Source of the DNA: a virus
Lineage: Duplodnaviria; Caudoviricetes
Reading direction: 5' to 3' (one strand)
DNA length: 54,253 nucleotides
Virus record (IMG/VR): IMGVR_UViG_3300017589_000044
Span: 1-54,253 of that record
Numbering within the stretch: position 1 is the first letter of the stretch; the number at the start of each line of letters is the position of its first letter. Positions 8,271-18,806 of this stretch are shown here, in pieces. Both the position numbers and the translations under genes were made by a program. The notes below the pieces were generated by a model. That model saw only the letters and a program-made list of their open reading frames with translations, was not told where the DNA came from and did not search any database.

Positions 8271-11042
8271 TTGGCAAAGCAAAAATCATATCAGAAATTT
8301 ATTTACAAACTTCAAAGTAAAAGATTAAAAAAAGCAAAATGGAAACTTAATCTTCCGTTATCTGAAGCTATGAAGAATAAAAATGATATTGTTTCATTAA
8401 ACGATAGTCAGATACTTCGTTGGATTGATGAGTTAAATGGGAATACTGATTCTAATACTGTCGTTAAAAATATACAAAAACAAATTAAGATAGAAAAAAA
8501 GAAACCAAAAAGTCAAGAATCTCGGAATAATATTAAAAAATTGTATCAAGAGTTATATAATCTACAATATCAGAAAGATTATAATTGTTTGATTATGAAT
8601 TCCAATAAAGAATATGACAAAGCAAATGAAGGATATTCTATAAATGAAGTAATGTATCGTAGATTCATTGGTACTAATGGGGGTATAAAAAAATCTACGG
8701 TAGTATACGTCAATAACGAGAAATATGATGTTTTAAAAGAGAGAATGAATAATGGGCGTAATATGTTAAAAGAGATTGTTCCTGCAAAATTAGAAGCATA
8801 TCAAGCACTTATATGTAGTGGCTCTACTCCAGTAACACCGCCAAAAGGAATAATTGTTGTAAATGATTGCATTGTAAATTTTACAGATAATGTAATAAAA
8901 CTAGATGATTCAAAAATTGGTGAACCACAAATGGATATTATAGAAAACTATCCAATTGAATACATGGATTCAGATGGCTATGGTCTTATGACTCCAGAAT
9001 ATTCAAAAACATTAAACAAAGATTTATACGGAGAAGAATATGCAGATAAAACATTATCTGGCGTAAATACAAGATATGCATGGACAAAAGGTATGTTGTT
9101 TACATTTGATTACATAAAATTTGCAGAAGAAAAAGTAAACAAAAATTATATGATATTGGACGCATGGGGAGATTATCGTGATGTTAGAGAGTCACAAGTT
9201 ATATTAACAACGTCTATGCTGAAATTATGGGACTCATATAAGAACTGGGAAGATTATTATAATAATTGTGAAAAGAACCATTATCAATTTTCTGTGTCCA
9301 AAGCAACACCACATGAATTAGAGAATGTACGGAATGCAAATTATCAGTTTTTACAAAGTTATAAATTTACAGATGAAGAACTATATGCTCTTTGCAAGCC
9401 AACAATAGATGAAATAAATGATACGTTAGGTATGGATTATAGAAAAAGTATTGTTTTCTTAAAAGGAATGTATCTTGATGAAGATAATATTGACTTTATG
9501 GATAATGATTTCATAAAAGCATTGATGATTAACAAAAATATGATAGATGATCCGTTTGTATTAAGTAAGATTCATGGGATGATAAAGAAAAGAATCAATA
9601 TTGCTGCAAAGGGTTCTATTAAATTAAATGGGAATTTTGCAATTGTTTGTGGTGATCCATATTCTCTAGCTCAATCAATATTTGGATTAGAAATAACGGG
9701 ACTATTAAAAGAAGGACAGATTTATCATAAGTACTGGTCAGATAAAGGAGTAAAAGAAGTTTCCTGTTTTCGTGCGCCTATGACTTGTCACAATAATATA
9801 AGAAAGAGAAATGTCACAACAAATGATGAAATGGATAATTGGTATCAACATATAGAAACTGGTCTTATATTGAACTCTTGGGACACTACCTGTGATGCTC
9901 TCAATGGTATGGATAAAGATTCGGACACAGTATTTAGTACGGACAATGAAATAATCGTAAAAAACACACTTAACTCCCCTACTATTCAATGTATCCAAAG
10001 AAAAGCACCTAAGATAATTCCAACGGAAGAAGATTTGGTACAGGCAAATAAGTTGGCATTTGGAGATGAAATTGGTCAAACGACAAATAATGTTACTGGC
10101 GAAATTGAAGTACAAGCAGGATTTAAACCAGAAAGTGAAGAGTATCAAGTTTTAGAATATCGTATTATGTGTGGTCAATTGTATCAACAAAATGCAATTG
10201 ATAAATCAAAAGGAATTATTGCAAAATCAATGCCTAGAGAATGGTATGATAAGTCAGCTAATAAAATTTTACAAGACGATGACTCAGAAACTAGAAAACG
10301 AAAAGAATTTAATCTCCGTATTGTAGCAGACAAAAAGCCCTATTTCATGAAATATGTTTATCCAAAAACGATGTCAGAATATAATGATTATATTAAAAAC
10401 ACCAATAAGAAATGTGTAAGAGAATTCCAAATGACAATGAAAGAGTTATTAGAAAAGCCGAATAAAACGATTACAGAAAAAGACTTTGTTGATTATTATT
10501 ATAAATTAATGCCAGTAGGTATAAATCCATGTGTGATAAATAGGATTTGTTGGCTGTTTGAAGATTTATTTCAAGATTTTTTAAGAAAAAGAAATAACAA
10601 TATTGAATTTGATTATAGTGTTTTAAAATCAAATGTGGAATATAGCAGAAATGATTTTAAGAACATTAAAAATATTTATGAATCATACATAGATGAATTA
10701 CAGTTTTACCACCAGAAAATTAAAACGATTAAGATTGAAAAAGATGAAGTTGAGTTAGAGCGTCAACATATGGTAGATAAGTTTAAATCAAACTGTGAAA
10801 AGATATGTTCTAATGAAAATGAACTTTGTGATATTGTATTAGATATTTGTTATAAAACTAATAAATCAAAACAATTTGCATGGGACATATGCGGTGAAGT
10901 GATTATAAATAATTTACTATCAAAAAATAACAACACAATACATTATCCGAGAATGGTAAAAAGTAATGGAGAATTTGAATTTGGCGGATGTGAGTTTGTG
11001 ATGGACAGTAAGGAATATAGGAAGGATGAGAAATTATTATAA
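8271..11042 (+). CDS. yonO: YonO-like single-subunit DNA-dependent RNA polymerase (RdRP-related two-barrel family)
   Basis: DSDGYG, R..KG, FRAP and metal-binding ALNGMDKDSD motifs; AIDKSKG; 923 aa; lies upstream of the late cluster as in SPbeta. Confidence 0.9.
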   Translation: MAKQKSYQKFIYKLQSKRLKKAKWKLNLPLSEAMKNKNDIVSLNDSQILRWIDELNGNTDSNTVVKNIQKQIKIEKKKPKSQESRNNIKKLYQELYNLQYQKDYNCLIMNSNKEYDKANEGYSINEVMYRRFIGTNGGIKKSTVVYVNNEKYDVLKERMNNGRNMLKEIVPAKLEAYQALICSGSTPVTPPKGIIVVNDCIVNFTDNVIKLDDSKIGEPQMDIIENYPIEYMDSDGYGLMTPEYSKTLNKDLYGEEYADKTLSGVNTRYAWTKGMLFTFDYIKFAEEKVNKNYMILDAWGDYRDVRESQVILTTSMLKLWDSYKNWEDYYNNCEKNHYQFSVSKATPHELENVRNANYQFLQSYKFTDEELYALCKPTIDEINDTLGMDYRKSIVFLKGMYLDEDNIDFMDNDFIKALMINKNMIDDPFVLSKIHGMIKKRINIAAKGSIKLNGNFAIVCGDPYSLAQSIFGLEITGLLKEGQIYHKYWSDKGVKEVSCFRAPMTCHNNIRKRNVTTNDEMDNWYQHIETGLILNSWDTTCDALNGMDKDSDTVFSTDNEIIVKNTLNSPTIQCIQRKAPKIIPTEEDLVQANKLAFGDEIGQTTNNVTGEIEVQAGFKPESEEYQVLEYRIMCGQLYQQNAIDKSKGIIAKSMPREWYDKSANKILQDDDSETRKRKEFNLRIVADKKPYFMKYVYPKTMSEYNDYIKNTNKKCVREFQMTMKELLEKPNKTITEKDFVDYYYKLMPVGINPCVINRICWLFEDLFQDFLRKRNNNIEFDYSVLKSNVEYSRNDFKNIKNIYESYIDELQFYHQKIKTIKIEKDEVELERQHMVDKFKSNCEKICSNENELCDIVLDICYKTNKSKQFAWDICGEVIINNLLSKNNNTIHYPRMVKSNGEFEFGGCEFVMDSKEYRKDEKLL

Positions 11043-11815
11043 TTTTAAACGAAAAAGACTATGCTGAAAATACTATTGAGAATGGTACTATTGATAAAAA
11101 GCCATCACTTACATTAGGTATTTTGGCAAGATATTATTACCATCATTTGGGATATAGAAAAAGTAAGATTATTTCAGAATTAGATAGTTTTATGACAAAA
11201 AGTTATCCAAGGTACAATCCAGTAGATTGGGTTACAATTATTGAGAAATATGCTCATAAAGCAGGAAAATATAAATTACTTGAATTAGATGGAATATGGA
11301 TTACTACTAATGAGTTAAAAACTATAACTGATTTGAACAATAAAGTATTAGAAAGACTTGCATTTACACTACTTTGTTTGGCAAAGTTTAAAAATAAAAG
11401 AAATGAAAAGAATAATGGTTGGGTAAATAACGAAGATAGTGAAATTTTTAAATTGGCTAGGATTACAACTTCTGCTTTTGATAAAGACATTAGGTTTAAT
11501 CAATTAAGAAAATTGGGATTATTGGAATATGCTAGAAAGATCAGTAATCTAAATATTCAAGTGTTATATGTTGATGATGAAAGTAAAAATGAATTATTTA
11601 TTAGCGACTTTAGAGAATTAGGATACGAATACCTGCTATATAAAGGTGGTAGTTTTATTAGATGTGCCGATTGTGGTGTATTGACGAGGAAAACTTCTAT
11701 GAATAAAAAATACTGTAAATCTTGTAGTTCAGAAAATGAAAAAGATAATGCTAGACTTAGAAAACAAAATCAAAGAAAAAAAGAAAAACAAAATGTCACG
11801 AAGTTGAAAATTTAA
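11033..11815 (+). CDS. Conserved phage protein with C-terminal Zn finger (CxxC...CxxC)
   Basis: Frame open from 11030; likely ATT/ATA start near 11033-11039 behind AGGAAGG, overlapping the RNAP stop; ORF track start is 11123. Confidence 0.75.
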   Translation: MIIILNEKDYAENTIENGTIDKKPSLTLGILARYYYHHLGYRKSKIISELDSFMTKSYPRYNPVDWVTIIEKYAHKAGKYKLLELDGIWITTNELKTITDLNNKVLERLAFTLLCLAKFKNKRNEKNNGWVNNEDSEIFKLARITTSAFDKDIRFNQLRKLGLLEYARKISNLNIQVLYVDDESKNELFISDFRELGYEYLLYKGGSFIRCADCGVLTRKTSMNKKYCKSCSSENEKDNARLRKQNQRKKEKQNVTKLKI

Positions 11816-11938
11816 AATAACACTTCAAACCCTTGCTATGACTACGTTTGCGGACTTGCTAAAACAAACTGTAAAATTAGTATAAGGTAGAGTAATAAAC
11901 AAAATTATAATTTAGAAGTAGAAAATGGTTCTCTACAA

Positions 11939-12300
11939 ACTTATGAGGTCGGAACAGGCAGCCGACACACCATAGTGGTCTTTAAAGAGATGCAGATTGT
12001 CACCTGTCATAAGTACCTTAAATGATGGAAAATACCGCCCATCCTAAATTATTATCATATATGGTATTTGTAGTGTTACCTGTATATGATGCTTTAAATT
12101 TTCCTCGCTACTGGGGACACAAGCTGTCGAAGTAGCCAACACTGATTTTTTATTATACAGGATTGGGAGATGAACTAATATTTTAGTAGTGTTTAATCGC
12201 ACTGAGAAGATTATTTCTCGGATTTGAAGACGAGCCTGTATAGTAAAACTATCCATATGAAGGCACGGGTAATGCCCTACTCCAAATATTCAATATATGG
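11939..12300 (+). ncRNA. Cluster of multibranched structured RNA elements
   Basis: Closing stems ACTTATGA/TCATAAGT (11939-12014) and TATACAGG/CCTGTATA (12154-12242) with internal hairpins; no credible ORF. Confidence 0.45.
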
Positions 12301-12335
12301 GATTAGAGATAGTATATCTATTTCTAATTTATGCT

Positions 12336-12363
12336 AAGAGTCACATAATAGTGGCTCTTTTTT
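12336..12363 (+). terminator. Intrinsic terminator
   Basis: AAGAGTCAC-ATAATA-GTGGCTCTT followed by a T run. Confidence 0.75.
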
Positions 12364-12367
12364 ATTT

Positions 12368-12439
12368 GCACTTGTGGTCTAATGGCTATGATGACTGGCT
12401 TCCATCCAGTAGATAAGGGTTCAATTCCCTTTAGGTGCT
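12368..12439 (+). tRNA. tRNA-Gly(TCC), CCA not encoded
   Basis: Acceptor GCACTTG/TAGGTGC; anticodon arm ACTGG-CTTCCAT-CCAGT; T arm AAGGG-TTCAATT-CCCTT. Confidence 0.85.
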
Positions 12440-12485
12440 TACTCCACTCATCGGAGAATATTATAATAGAAAGAAGTGTATATTT

Positions 12486-12692
12486 ATTAAACCAATTAGT
12501 AAATTAGAAAAACAGTACGGAGATTCAAAAGGTTATATCGGAGAAGAATTTAACAGAACTTGCACAAAGAAATACTATGTACATGATACAATCGCTGCAA
12601 AAATCTGGTCTGATTTAGGCTACAACTTAGATCAAGTAGAAATTATTCGAAAAAATGACATTGAACGTGAAAAATTAGCAAGAGAGTTATAA
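12486..12692 (+). CDS. Small hypothetical protein
   Basis: ORF track start 12435 overlaps the tRNA; more likely ATT start at 12486 behind AAAGAAGTG. Confidence 0.55.
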   Translation: MKPISKLEKQYGDSKGYIGEEFNRTCTKKYYVHDTIAAKIWSDLGYNLDQVEIIRKNDIEREKLAREL

Positions 12693-12697
12693 CGCAT

Positions 12698-12991
12698 ATG
12701 GATGATGTGAGGAATTTTGAAATCGAGGAAACAGAAACTGGTTATAGAGTTAAACGAATTGATAATAAATTGAATCAACACACACATTTGAAAAATAAAC
12801 AGGCTTCAGAGGATTTAATTAAATATGTATGCCAAGAAAAGATACCGAAAAATACAGGATTTTACTATTTAACTAGCCTCATTAGATTATCTGTATCAGA
12901 ACATTATATTAAAAAAATAGAACAACTAATAGAAACTCGTAAACAAAAAGGACGGAAATCTGGATATCACAATAATTGCAAGAAATGTTAA
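12698..12991 (+). CDS. Hypothetical phage protein
   Basis: 97-aa ORF with HTHL motif and YYLTSLIRLS. Confidence 0.7.
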   Translation: MDDVRNFEIEETETGYRVKRIDNKLNQHTHLKNKQASEDLIKYVCQEKIPKNTGFYYLTSLIRLSVSEHYIKKIEQLIETRKQKGRKSGYHNNCKKC

Positions 12992-13111
12992 TTTTTTATT
13001 TTATACAGAAAAATGTATAATATTCTACTCATAACATTGTATCACACTTTTGTAAATAATAATATGTGAAAAGTAACCAGAATTTTAGTAAATAATTGGA
13101 GGAAATTATAA

Positions 13112-13357
13112 ATGGCAGGAAAACCACTAACTTATAAAAGAACAAAAACTGATAAAGTAACTATTAAAGGTGTTCTATCTGAAGATGCTACTGTTGTAAC
13201 TATTTTGGTAGAAGATGAAAACAAACAGAAAATTGAAAAAGATGTAAAAATAAAAGATTATCTCGACAACTTTATCGGAGAATCAGTAGAAATTATTATT
13301 TCCAACAAAACAGAAGAAGACTTATGTGACTCCCCTACTTCCGAAGATGAAGAATAA
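13112..13357 (+). CDS. YonK-like small protein
   Basis: RBS GGAGG; size and position before the metallophosphoesterase as in SPbeta. Confidence 0.6.
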   Translation: MAGKPLTYKRTKTDKVTIKGVLSEDATVVTILVEDENKQKIEKDVKIKDYLDNFIGESVEIIISNKTEEDLCDSPTSEDEE

Positions 13358-13359
13358 AA

Positions 13360-14589
13360 TTGAGAGGAATGAATGATATTTTAGATTTGACTAAACGTAC
13401 AGATGAAAATGAGCGTCAATATTTATGGAGAATTGGTGGATATATCAAAACTGGACATATTAAAAATTGGAAAGAAATTACTCCAATTTTAAATGAACAA
13501 TTAAGAGTAGATGAATCTGAATACAGGGATGAATCTGCTTACAGAAAGCCAGTACAATACGCTGAAGCATACTATGAAGACGTCTTTTCAAAAATGATTG
13601 ATGACCAGTATGCTAATGAAATAAAACTGCAAAAACGTGAATTAGAAAAAGAAAGAGTAAAATTATATTCAACTAAAATAGAATATAGTAGAGATATCAG
13701 ACAGCAGAGTAGATTTGAACTTTTTTACGAAAACGTAGCAAATGAAATTACAGTATTTGATTTACCAGAATTTGAAAAAATTGAATATTGTAATGATGAA
13801 AATGAACATATTTTGACCATAGCAGACATTCATGCTGGATCAAATTTTATCACAGAAACGAATGAATACTCTTTTGATGAATGTACAAGAAGATTTGGCG
13901 TTTTATTAAACCATATGATTTGGTATGTAAAGAATAATAATATTTCTAAATTAAAAGTGCTATGCCTCGGTGACGATATCCAAGGAATCCTTAGAATCAG
14001 TGACCTAAAGTTAAATGAATCAAGTGTTGTAAGAGCAACTGTATTTGTTGCTAAGGCAATTGCACAATTCTTAAATGACCTATCTTCATATTGTGAAATT
14101 GATTATTACCACTGCCCTACTTCTAATCATTCACAACTTCGCCCACTTAATAGTAAAGCAAGTGAAATTGCAAGTGAAGACGTAGAATATATTATTGGAA
14201 ATTACATAAAAGACGTATTAGTAAACAATGATAGAATTGAAATAAATACGAATTTTGGATATGAATACATTGAAATTCCAATATTTGATTTTAAAACTAT
14301 TGCAATGCACGGTCATCAGATTAAAAGCATTGAAAATTCATTAAAAGATTTGAGTTATCAGAAAAAAGTATTTTATGATACCGTATTTTTAGCCCATTTC
14401 CATGGTGGAAAAGAAATTGTAGTCGGAGAAACATCAACTAATGATACAGAAGTTTTGGTATGCCCTAGTTTCGTAGGAAGTTGCCCATATGCGGAAAAGA
14501 TTATGAAAGGTGCAAAACCAGCCTGTAAAGTTTTTGTTTTTAATAAGAAATATGGACACACAGATACACATAAAATAATTTTAAATTAG
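13360..14589 (+). CDS. Calcineurin-like metallophosphoesterase (YonJ-like)
   Basis: DIH, GDD, SNH, HGH, AHFH motifs. Confidence 0.85.
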   Translation: MRGMNDILDLTKRTDENERQYLWRIGGYIKTGHIKNWKEITPILNEQLRVDESEYRDESAYRKPVQYAEAYYEDVFSKMIDDQYANEIKLQKRELEKERVKLYSTKIEYSRDIRQQSRFELFYENVANEITVFDLPEFEKIEYCNDENEHILTIADIHAGSNFITETNEYSFDECTRRFGVLLNHMIWYVKNNNISKLKVLCLGDDIQGILRISDLKLNESSVVRATVFVAKAIAQFLNDLSSYCEIDYYHCPTSNHSQLRPLNSKASEIASEDVEYIIGNYIKDVLVNNDRIEINTNFGYEYIEIPIFDFKTIAMHGHQIKSIENSLKDLSYQKKVFYDTVFLAHFHGGKEIVVGETSTNDTEVLVCPSFVGSCPYAEKIMKGAKPACKVFVFNKKYGHTDTHKIILN

Positions 14590-14691
14590 CGGTGACCAGA
14601 AATGGCATTGACTATCTCAGAGTAGGTTGATCCCTACTCTATTTTGTTGAACTTAAAATAAACTATTAAAAATTAAAAGGAGAAATAAATT

Positions 14692-14973
14692 ATGAAAAAG
14701 GCAGATGTAGTAGAAAAATTGGCATTAGAAAAAGAAATTAGCAAAAAAAATGCAGAACAAGAATTAGATTTACTTATTGATATTATTAAAAATGGTCTTG
14801 TTGAAGAAGGCGAAGTTGCAATTTATGGATTCGGTACATTTGGAGTAAGAGAAGTTGCAGAAAGAACTGGTACTATGCATCTCAAAGGTCACGAAGGTGA
14901 AACATATACAACTCCAGCACATAAAGAACCTACTTTTAAGTTTGCTACACCAATGAAAAATTTACTCAAATAA
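14692..14973 (+). CDS. HU-family DNA-binding protein
   Basis: MKKADVVEKLA...GFGTF.V....RTG...PAHKEPTFK. Confidence 0.92.
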   Translation: MKKADVVEKLALEKEISKKNAEQELDLLIDIIKNGLVEEGEVAIYGFGTFGVREVAERTGTMHLKGHEGETYTTPAHKEPTFKFATPMKNLLK

Positions 14974-14988
14974 GATTATCAAAGGAGA

Positions 14989-15546
14989 ATGAAATTGAAT
15001 AAATACGAAAATATGGAAATTAAAAATATTTTAGATGAAGATTGTTTGTTTGATGAATTATTGGAAAAGGTCGAAAATATGGAAGATTGGGAACATATTT
15101 CATTGATTGCTAAAGCGGATTTAGTAGAATATATTACAAAGAATTTTATTTCTATAAATGATTTTTCTATTGGATATATTGATTTAAGAAATTTAACCGA
15201 GAATCTTGAATACATATTGACAATTACAAAAAATAAGGAAGTATTTTGTGAGCCAGCTAGGAAATATATTGATGGTGATATTATTGCTGTAAATTTTGAC
15301 TTTGAAAGTGATACGATTTATATTTACCAAGAAGATGTTAAACAGGACATTATTGATTCATTGTTGAATGATAATTGTGAAGTTACTCTATTTGGGTTTG
15401 GCGAAGAAACCGATGAAAAATTGCATGGTTTTACTATCTCTAATTCAGATGAAGATGGTATTGATACATATAGCTTCTACTGTACAGACCATGACGTTAT
15501 GTTGCAAGAATTAAAAAGATACAGAGAAACAAAACAAACCCGTTAA
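14989..15546 (+). CDS. Acidic hypothetical protein
   Basis: RBS AAGGAG; start 14989 or TTG 14995. Confidence 0.7.
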   Translation: MKLNKYENMEIKNILDEDCLFDELLEKVENMEDWEHISLIAKADLVEYITKNFISINDFSIGYIDLRNLTENLEYILTITKNKEVFCEPARKYIDGDIIAVNFDFESDTIYIYQEDVKQDIIDSLLNDNCEVTLFGFGEETDEKLHGFTISNSDEDGIDTYSFYCTDHDVMLQELKRYRETKQTR

Positions 15547-15577
15547 AAGTTATTATACTAAAAGGAGAAATGAAATT

Positions 15578-15847
15578 ATGACAAACTATGCGTACTTAAC
15601 ACAGGCAGGTATTATGCACATCGTGGAAAAAAGAGCAACAGCAGAGAATTCCAAAGGACAAGGTGTTATCGTAGAAACAAATGTTGAAAATGATTTGGGT
15701 TACCCAGTAGCTTTGTATAAAGGTAAATTAGAAGGAATCATTGTTTATTCCGAAGATGAAATGAAAGTAGATGCTACTGACAATAAAATTAAGGATGCAA
15801 AAGCGTTATATCCTCAGTTAGCGGAATTGTACCGTAAATGTAAATAA
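15578..15847 (+). CDS. Hypothetical protein
   Basis: RBS AAGGAG, 89 aa, terminator downstream. Confidence 0.75.
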   Translation: MTNYAYLTQAGIMHIVEKRATAENSKGQGVIVETNVENDLGYPVALYKGKLEGIIVYSEDEMKVDATDNKIKDAKALYPQLAELYRKCK

Positions 15848-15867
15848 GTTAAAAGAGCAGTTTTATT

Positions 15868-15894
15868 AGAGAGTCAGAAATGGCTCTCTTTTTT
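15868..15894 (+). terminator. Intrinsic terminator
   Basis: AGAGAGTCA-GAAA-TGGCTCTCT followed by a T run. Confidence 0.8.
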
Positions 15895-15898
15895 ATGT

Positions 15899-15964
15899 GG
15901 GCGATTGGTGTAGTTAGCACAATGATTTATTTCATAAGCAGAAGTTGAAATCTTCTATCGTTTG
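15899..15964 (+). pseudogene. Degenerate tRNA-like cloverleaf
   Basis: Acceptor GGGCGAT/ATCGTTT; D arm GTGT/GCAC; anticodon arm ATGA-TTTATT-TCAT (6-nt loop); T arm AGAAG-TTGAAAT-CTTCT. Confidence 0.55.
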
Positions 15965-15990
15965 TTGAAAATAATGAAAGGAGGAATACT

Positions 15991-16989
15991 GTGGGAAAAG
16001 CATTAATATATGGAGTGACAGCAGTAGAAGCAGCAAAAAAATCATTAGAATCAAAAATTATACTGAATACCGATGCAGTTTCTCCAAAAGTAGATATCGT
16101 AAAAAAAGAAATAGACAAAAAATATAAATGTAGTATGTGTGGCGATAGTTGGGACACTCAGAAAAATTTCAATAAAAGCAAGTCAATAATGTATGCAGCA
16201 AATAACGGCTATGTGAACATATGTAAAGGATGTAGAGACAAACTTTACTATTATTATGTTGATTTATATTCAGGAAATGAAGAAAAAGCAATTGATAGAA
16301 TGTGTCAAATATTTGATTGGTTTTGCCATGAAGAACCATTGTCTGCTTCAAAACAGATTTCATCTGATAGGAGTAGAGTTAATGATTATGTAAATAAATT
16401 AAACTTAACGCAAACATCAAGAAAAGGATCGACATATACAGATACTATAAAAAATAAATCACTAGAATCTGGTCAAACAATCGAGTCAATAGAAGATATT
16501 GAAGACATTGCGGACTATAAAATTACAGCAAAAATGATTAAATTTTGGGGACTCGACTATGAACCCAAAGCGTACAAAACTTTACAAGGATATTATGAAG
16601 AGCTTTTAAAATTATGTGAAGAAAAACCTGATATTAAAAAACAGAAGATGATGAAAAATTTATGTCTTCTTGAATATCAAATGCAAAACAATATACAGGG
16701 TGGAAAAGATATAGGAACACTATCAAACTCATATAAAAGCATTTTTGAGTCATCTGGTTTGAAAAATGATATTGTAGATATAAACAAAGACTCTTATGGA
16801 GTATGGCTTGCAATGATAGAAAAATATTGCCCTGCTGATTATTATGATGACGAAAATAAATATAGAGATTTTTTCGGTTTAAGTGAATATATAGAGAGGT
16901 TTATGTTTAGACCATTGAAAAATCTTCTAACTGGAAGCAAAGAAAAAGAAAAGGAATTTTGGATAAATGACGACAAGGATGGTGAATAA
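15991..16989 (+). CDS. YonG-like Zn-finger protein, candidate terminase small subunit
   Basis: CSMC...CKGC; immediately upstream of and overlapping terL. Confidence 0.65.
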   Translation: MGKALIYGVTAVEAAKKSLESKIILNTDAVSPKVDIVKKEIDKKYKCSMCGDSWDTQKNFNKSKSIMYAANNGYVNICKGCRDKLYYYYVDLYSGNEEKAIDRMCQIFDWFCHEEPLSASKQISSDRSRVNDYVNKLNLTQTSRKGSTYTDTIKNKSLESGQTIESIEDIEDIADYKITAKMIKFWGLDYEPKAYKTLQGYYEELLKLCEEKPDIKKQKMMKNLCLLEYQMQNNIQGGKDIGTLSNSYKSIFESSGLKNDIVDINKDSYGVWLAMIEKYCPADYYDDENKYRDFFGLSEYIERFMFRPLKNLLTGSKEKEKEFWINDDKDGE

Positions 16990-18793
16990 ATCCATGCTTG
17001 ACGAAATTCAAAAAAAAGTTAGTAAGAATTTTGGTAAAACCTCATGGTTAAGTAATCAGGATAATTGCGAAAGACTTATGGAATGGACTACAATTTACAA
17101 AAGAAACTTGAACTTATTTGTAGAACAGTATTTAGAGATACATTTACACTGGTATCAGGTAATATGGATATTTTTGTTAAATTTATATTCGTCTATTGCT
17201 ATTATTGCTGGCAGAGCAAGTGCAAAGTCTTTTATTATAGCTGTTTTTGCTTGTTCTAAATGCATACTTTACCCAAAATCAAGAGTTGTAATAGCCAGTG
17301 GAACTAAAAAACAGGCTGGCTTGATTGTGACAGAAAAAATACAAAAGGAACTCATGCCAAAATCAGCAAATTTAAGAAGAGAAATAGACAAGATAAAAAC
17401 AAATGCAAATGATATAGAAGTTATATTTAAGAATGGTAGTTCAATAGTAGTAGTTCCAGCTTCAGAAAATGCTCTTGGGTATAGATCCACAATAGTTATT
17501 TTTGAAGAATTTAAACTTATTAAAAAATCAATTGTAGATGGTGTATTGAAGCCATTTCAAATAGCAAGACCATCTGATTTTAGAGATTTAGATTGTTACG
17601 GAAAAAATGAAAAGCTAATTGAAGAACCAGTTAATATATATATAAGTTCAAGTTGGAGAACAAGTCATTGGATGTGGGAATTAGCTCAACAACTAACAAA
17701 GAATAAATTTAAAGACAATTCTAACTGTATATTAGCAACAGATTATTCTATCGCATTAAAACATGGCATTAAAACAAAGAAACAGCTATTAGACGATAAA
17801 CGGACTTTTGACCCAATAACTTGGAGAATTGAATATGAAAATGAAATGCTTAGAGAAAATACAAAAGCATATTTTACATATGATATGTGTGCCAAAAATC
17901 AAGTAAACAAAAAAGCATTTTATCCAAGAAATTCAATAGATGTTAGGAATAAAAAGAAAAATCATTTTTCTATACCAAAACAATCAAATGAGATTAGAAT
18001 TTTAGCTTGTGATATGGCTTTTGTTGAAAGAGCAAATAAAAATGATAATTCTGCGTTTACATGTATTAGATTGCTACCAGAGAGTATTGAATATAAATCT
18101 GATAACGTAGATGGAAAAAGTATAGAAATAAAACAAGGATACAGAAGAATAGTTCCGTATATTGAAGCTAATAAAGGTTCAGATGTTGATAAGCAAGCAA
18201 TAAGAATAAAACAATTATATTATGATTTTGAAGCAGATTACTTAGTTTTAGATACAAGGAATGGTGGTATTTTAGTTTATGATAGGTTGGCTAAAATCTT
18301 ATATGATGAAGATAGAGATTGTGAATATGAAGCATGGAAATGTATGAACGATGCAGATGTCGCAAATAGAGTACGTGTAGTTGGTGCAATAGAAAATACA
18401 TTCATAATCAATGCAACCGAAAAGTTTAATGATTCTATTGCTCTTTCTATGAGAGAAGTTCTTATGAATAAAAGAATTGATTTCTTATGCAATCTAACAG
18501 ATGTTCAAGATTATTTACAAGACAAAATATCAGAGTATACAAGCTCGGCAGATGTTGAAACAATAACTTTTTACGAGAGACCATATTTAGAGACGCAGGC
18601 TTTAATAAACGAAATGATTTCTTTGGAATTTGAGTTAGGTGAAAGAACAGGAGCGGTTAAATTATCAGAAGTTGGTGCAAATACCAAAGATAGATACGTT
18701 TCCTGCGCCTATGGATCGTATTTTGCTAGTCTGCTAGAACAAGATTTATTATCAGATAACTCAGATTTTGATTTCGATTTTGATGATATCTAA
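16967..18793 (+). CDS. terL: Terminase large subunit
   Basis: Walker A IIAGRASAKS, Walker B VIFEE, YISS coupling motif, nuclease LACDMA...D...KDRY. Confidence 0.9.
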   Translation: MTTRMVNKSMLDEIQKKVSKNFGKTSWLSNQDNCERLMEWTTIYKRNLNLFVEQYLEIHLHWYQVIWIFLLNLYSSIAIIAGRASAKSFIIAVFACSKCILYPKSRVVIASGTKKQAGLIVTEKIQKELMPKSANLRREIDKIKTNANDIEVIFKNGSSIVVVPASENALGYRSTIVIFEEFKLIKKSIVDGVLKPFQIARPSDFRDLDCYGKNEKLIEEPVNIYISSSWRTSHWMWELAQQLTKNKFKDNSNCILATDYSIALKHGIKTKKQLLDDKRTFDPITWRIEYENEMLRENTKAYFTYDMCAKNQVNKKAFYPRNSIDVRNKKKNHFSIPKQSNEIRILACDMAFVERANKNDNSAFTCIRLLPESIEYKSDNVDGKSIEIKQGYRRIVPYIEANKGSDVDKQAIRIKQLYYDFEADYLVLDTRNGGILVYDRLAKILYDEDRDCEYEAWKCMNDADVANRVRVVGAIENTFIINATEKFNDSIALSMREVLMNKRIDFLCNLTDVQDYLQDKISEYTSSADVETITFYERPYLETQALINEMISLEFELGERTGAVKLSEVGANTKDRYVSCAYGSYFASLLEQDLLSDNSDFDFDFDDI

Positions 18794-18806
18794 AGGAGGT
18801 GAAAAA

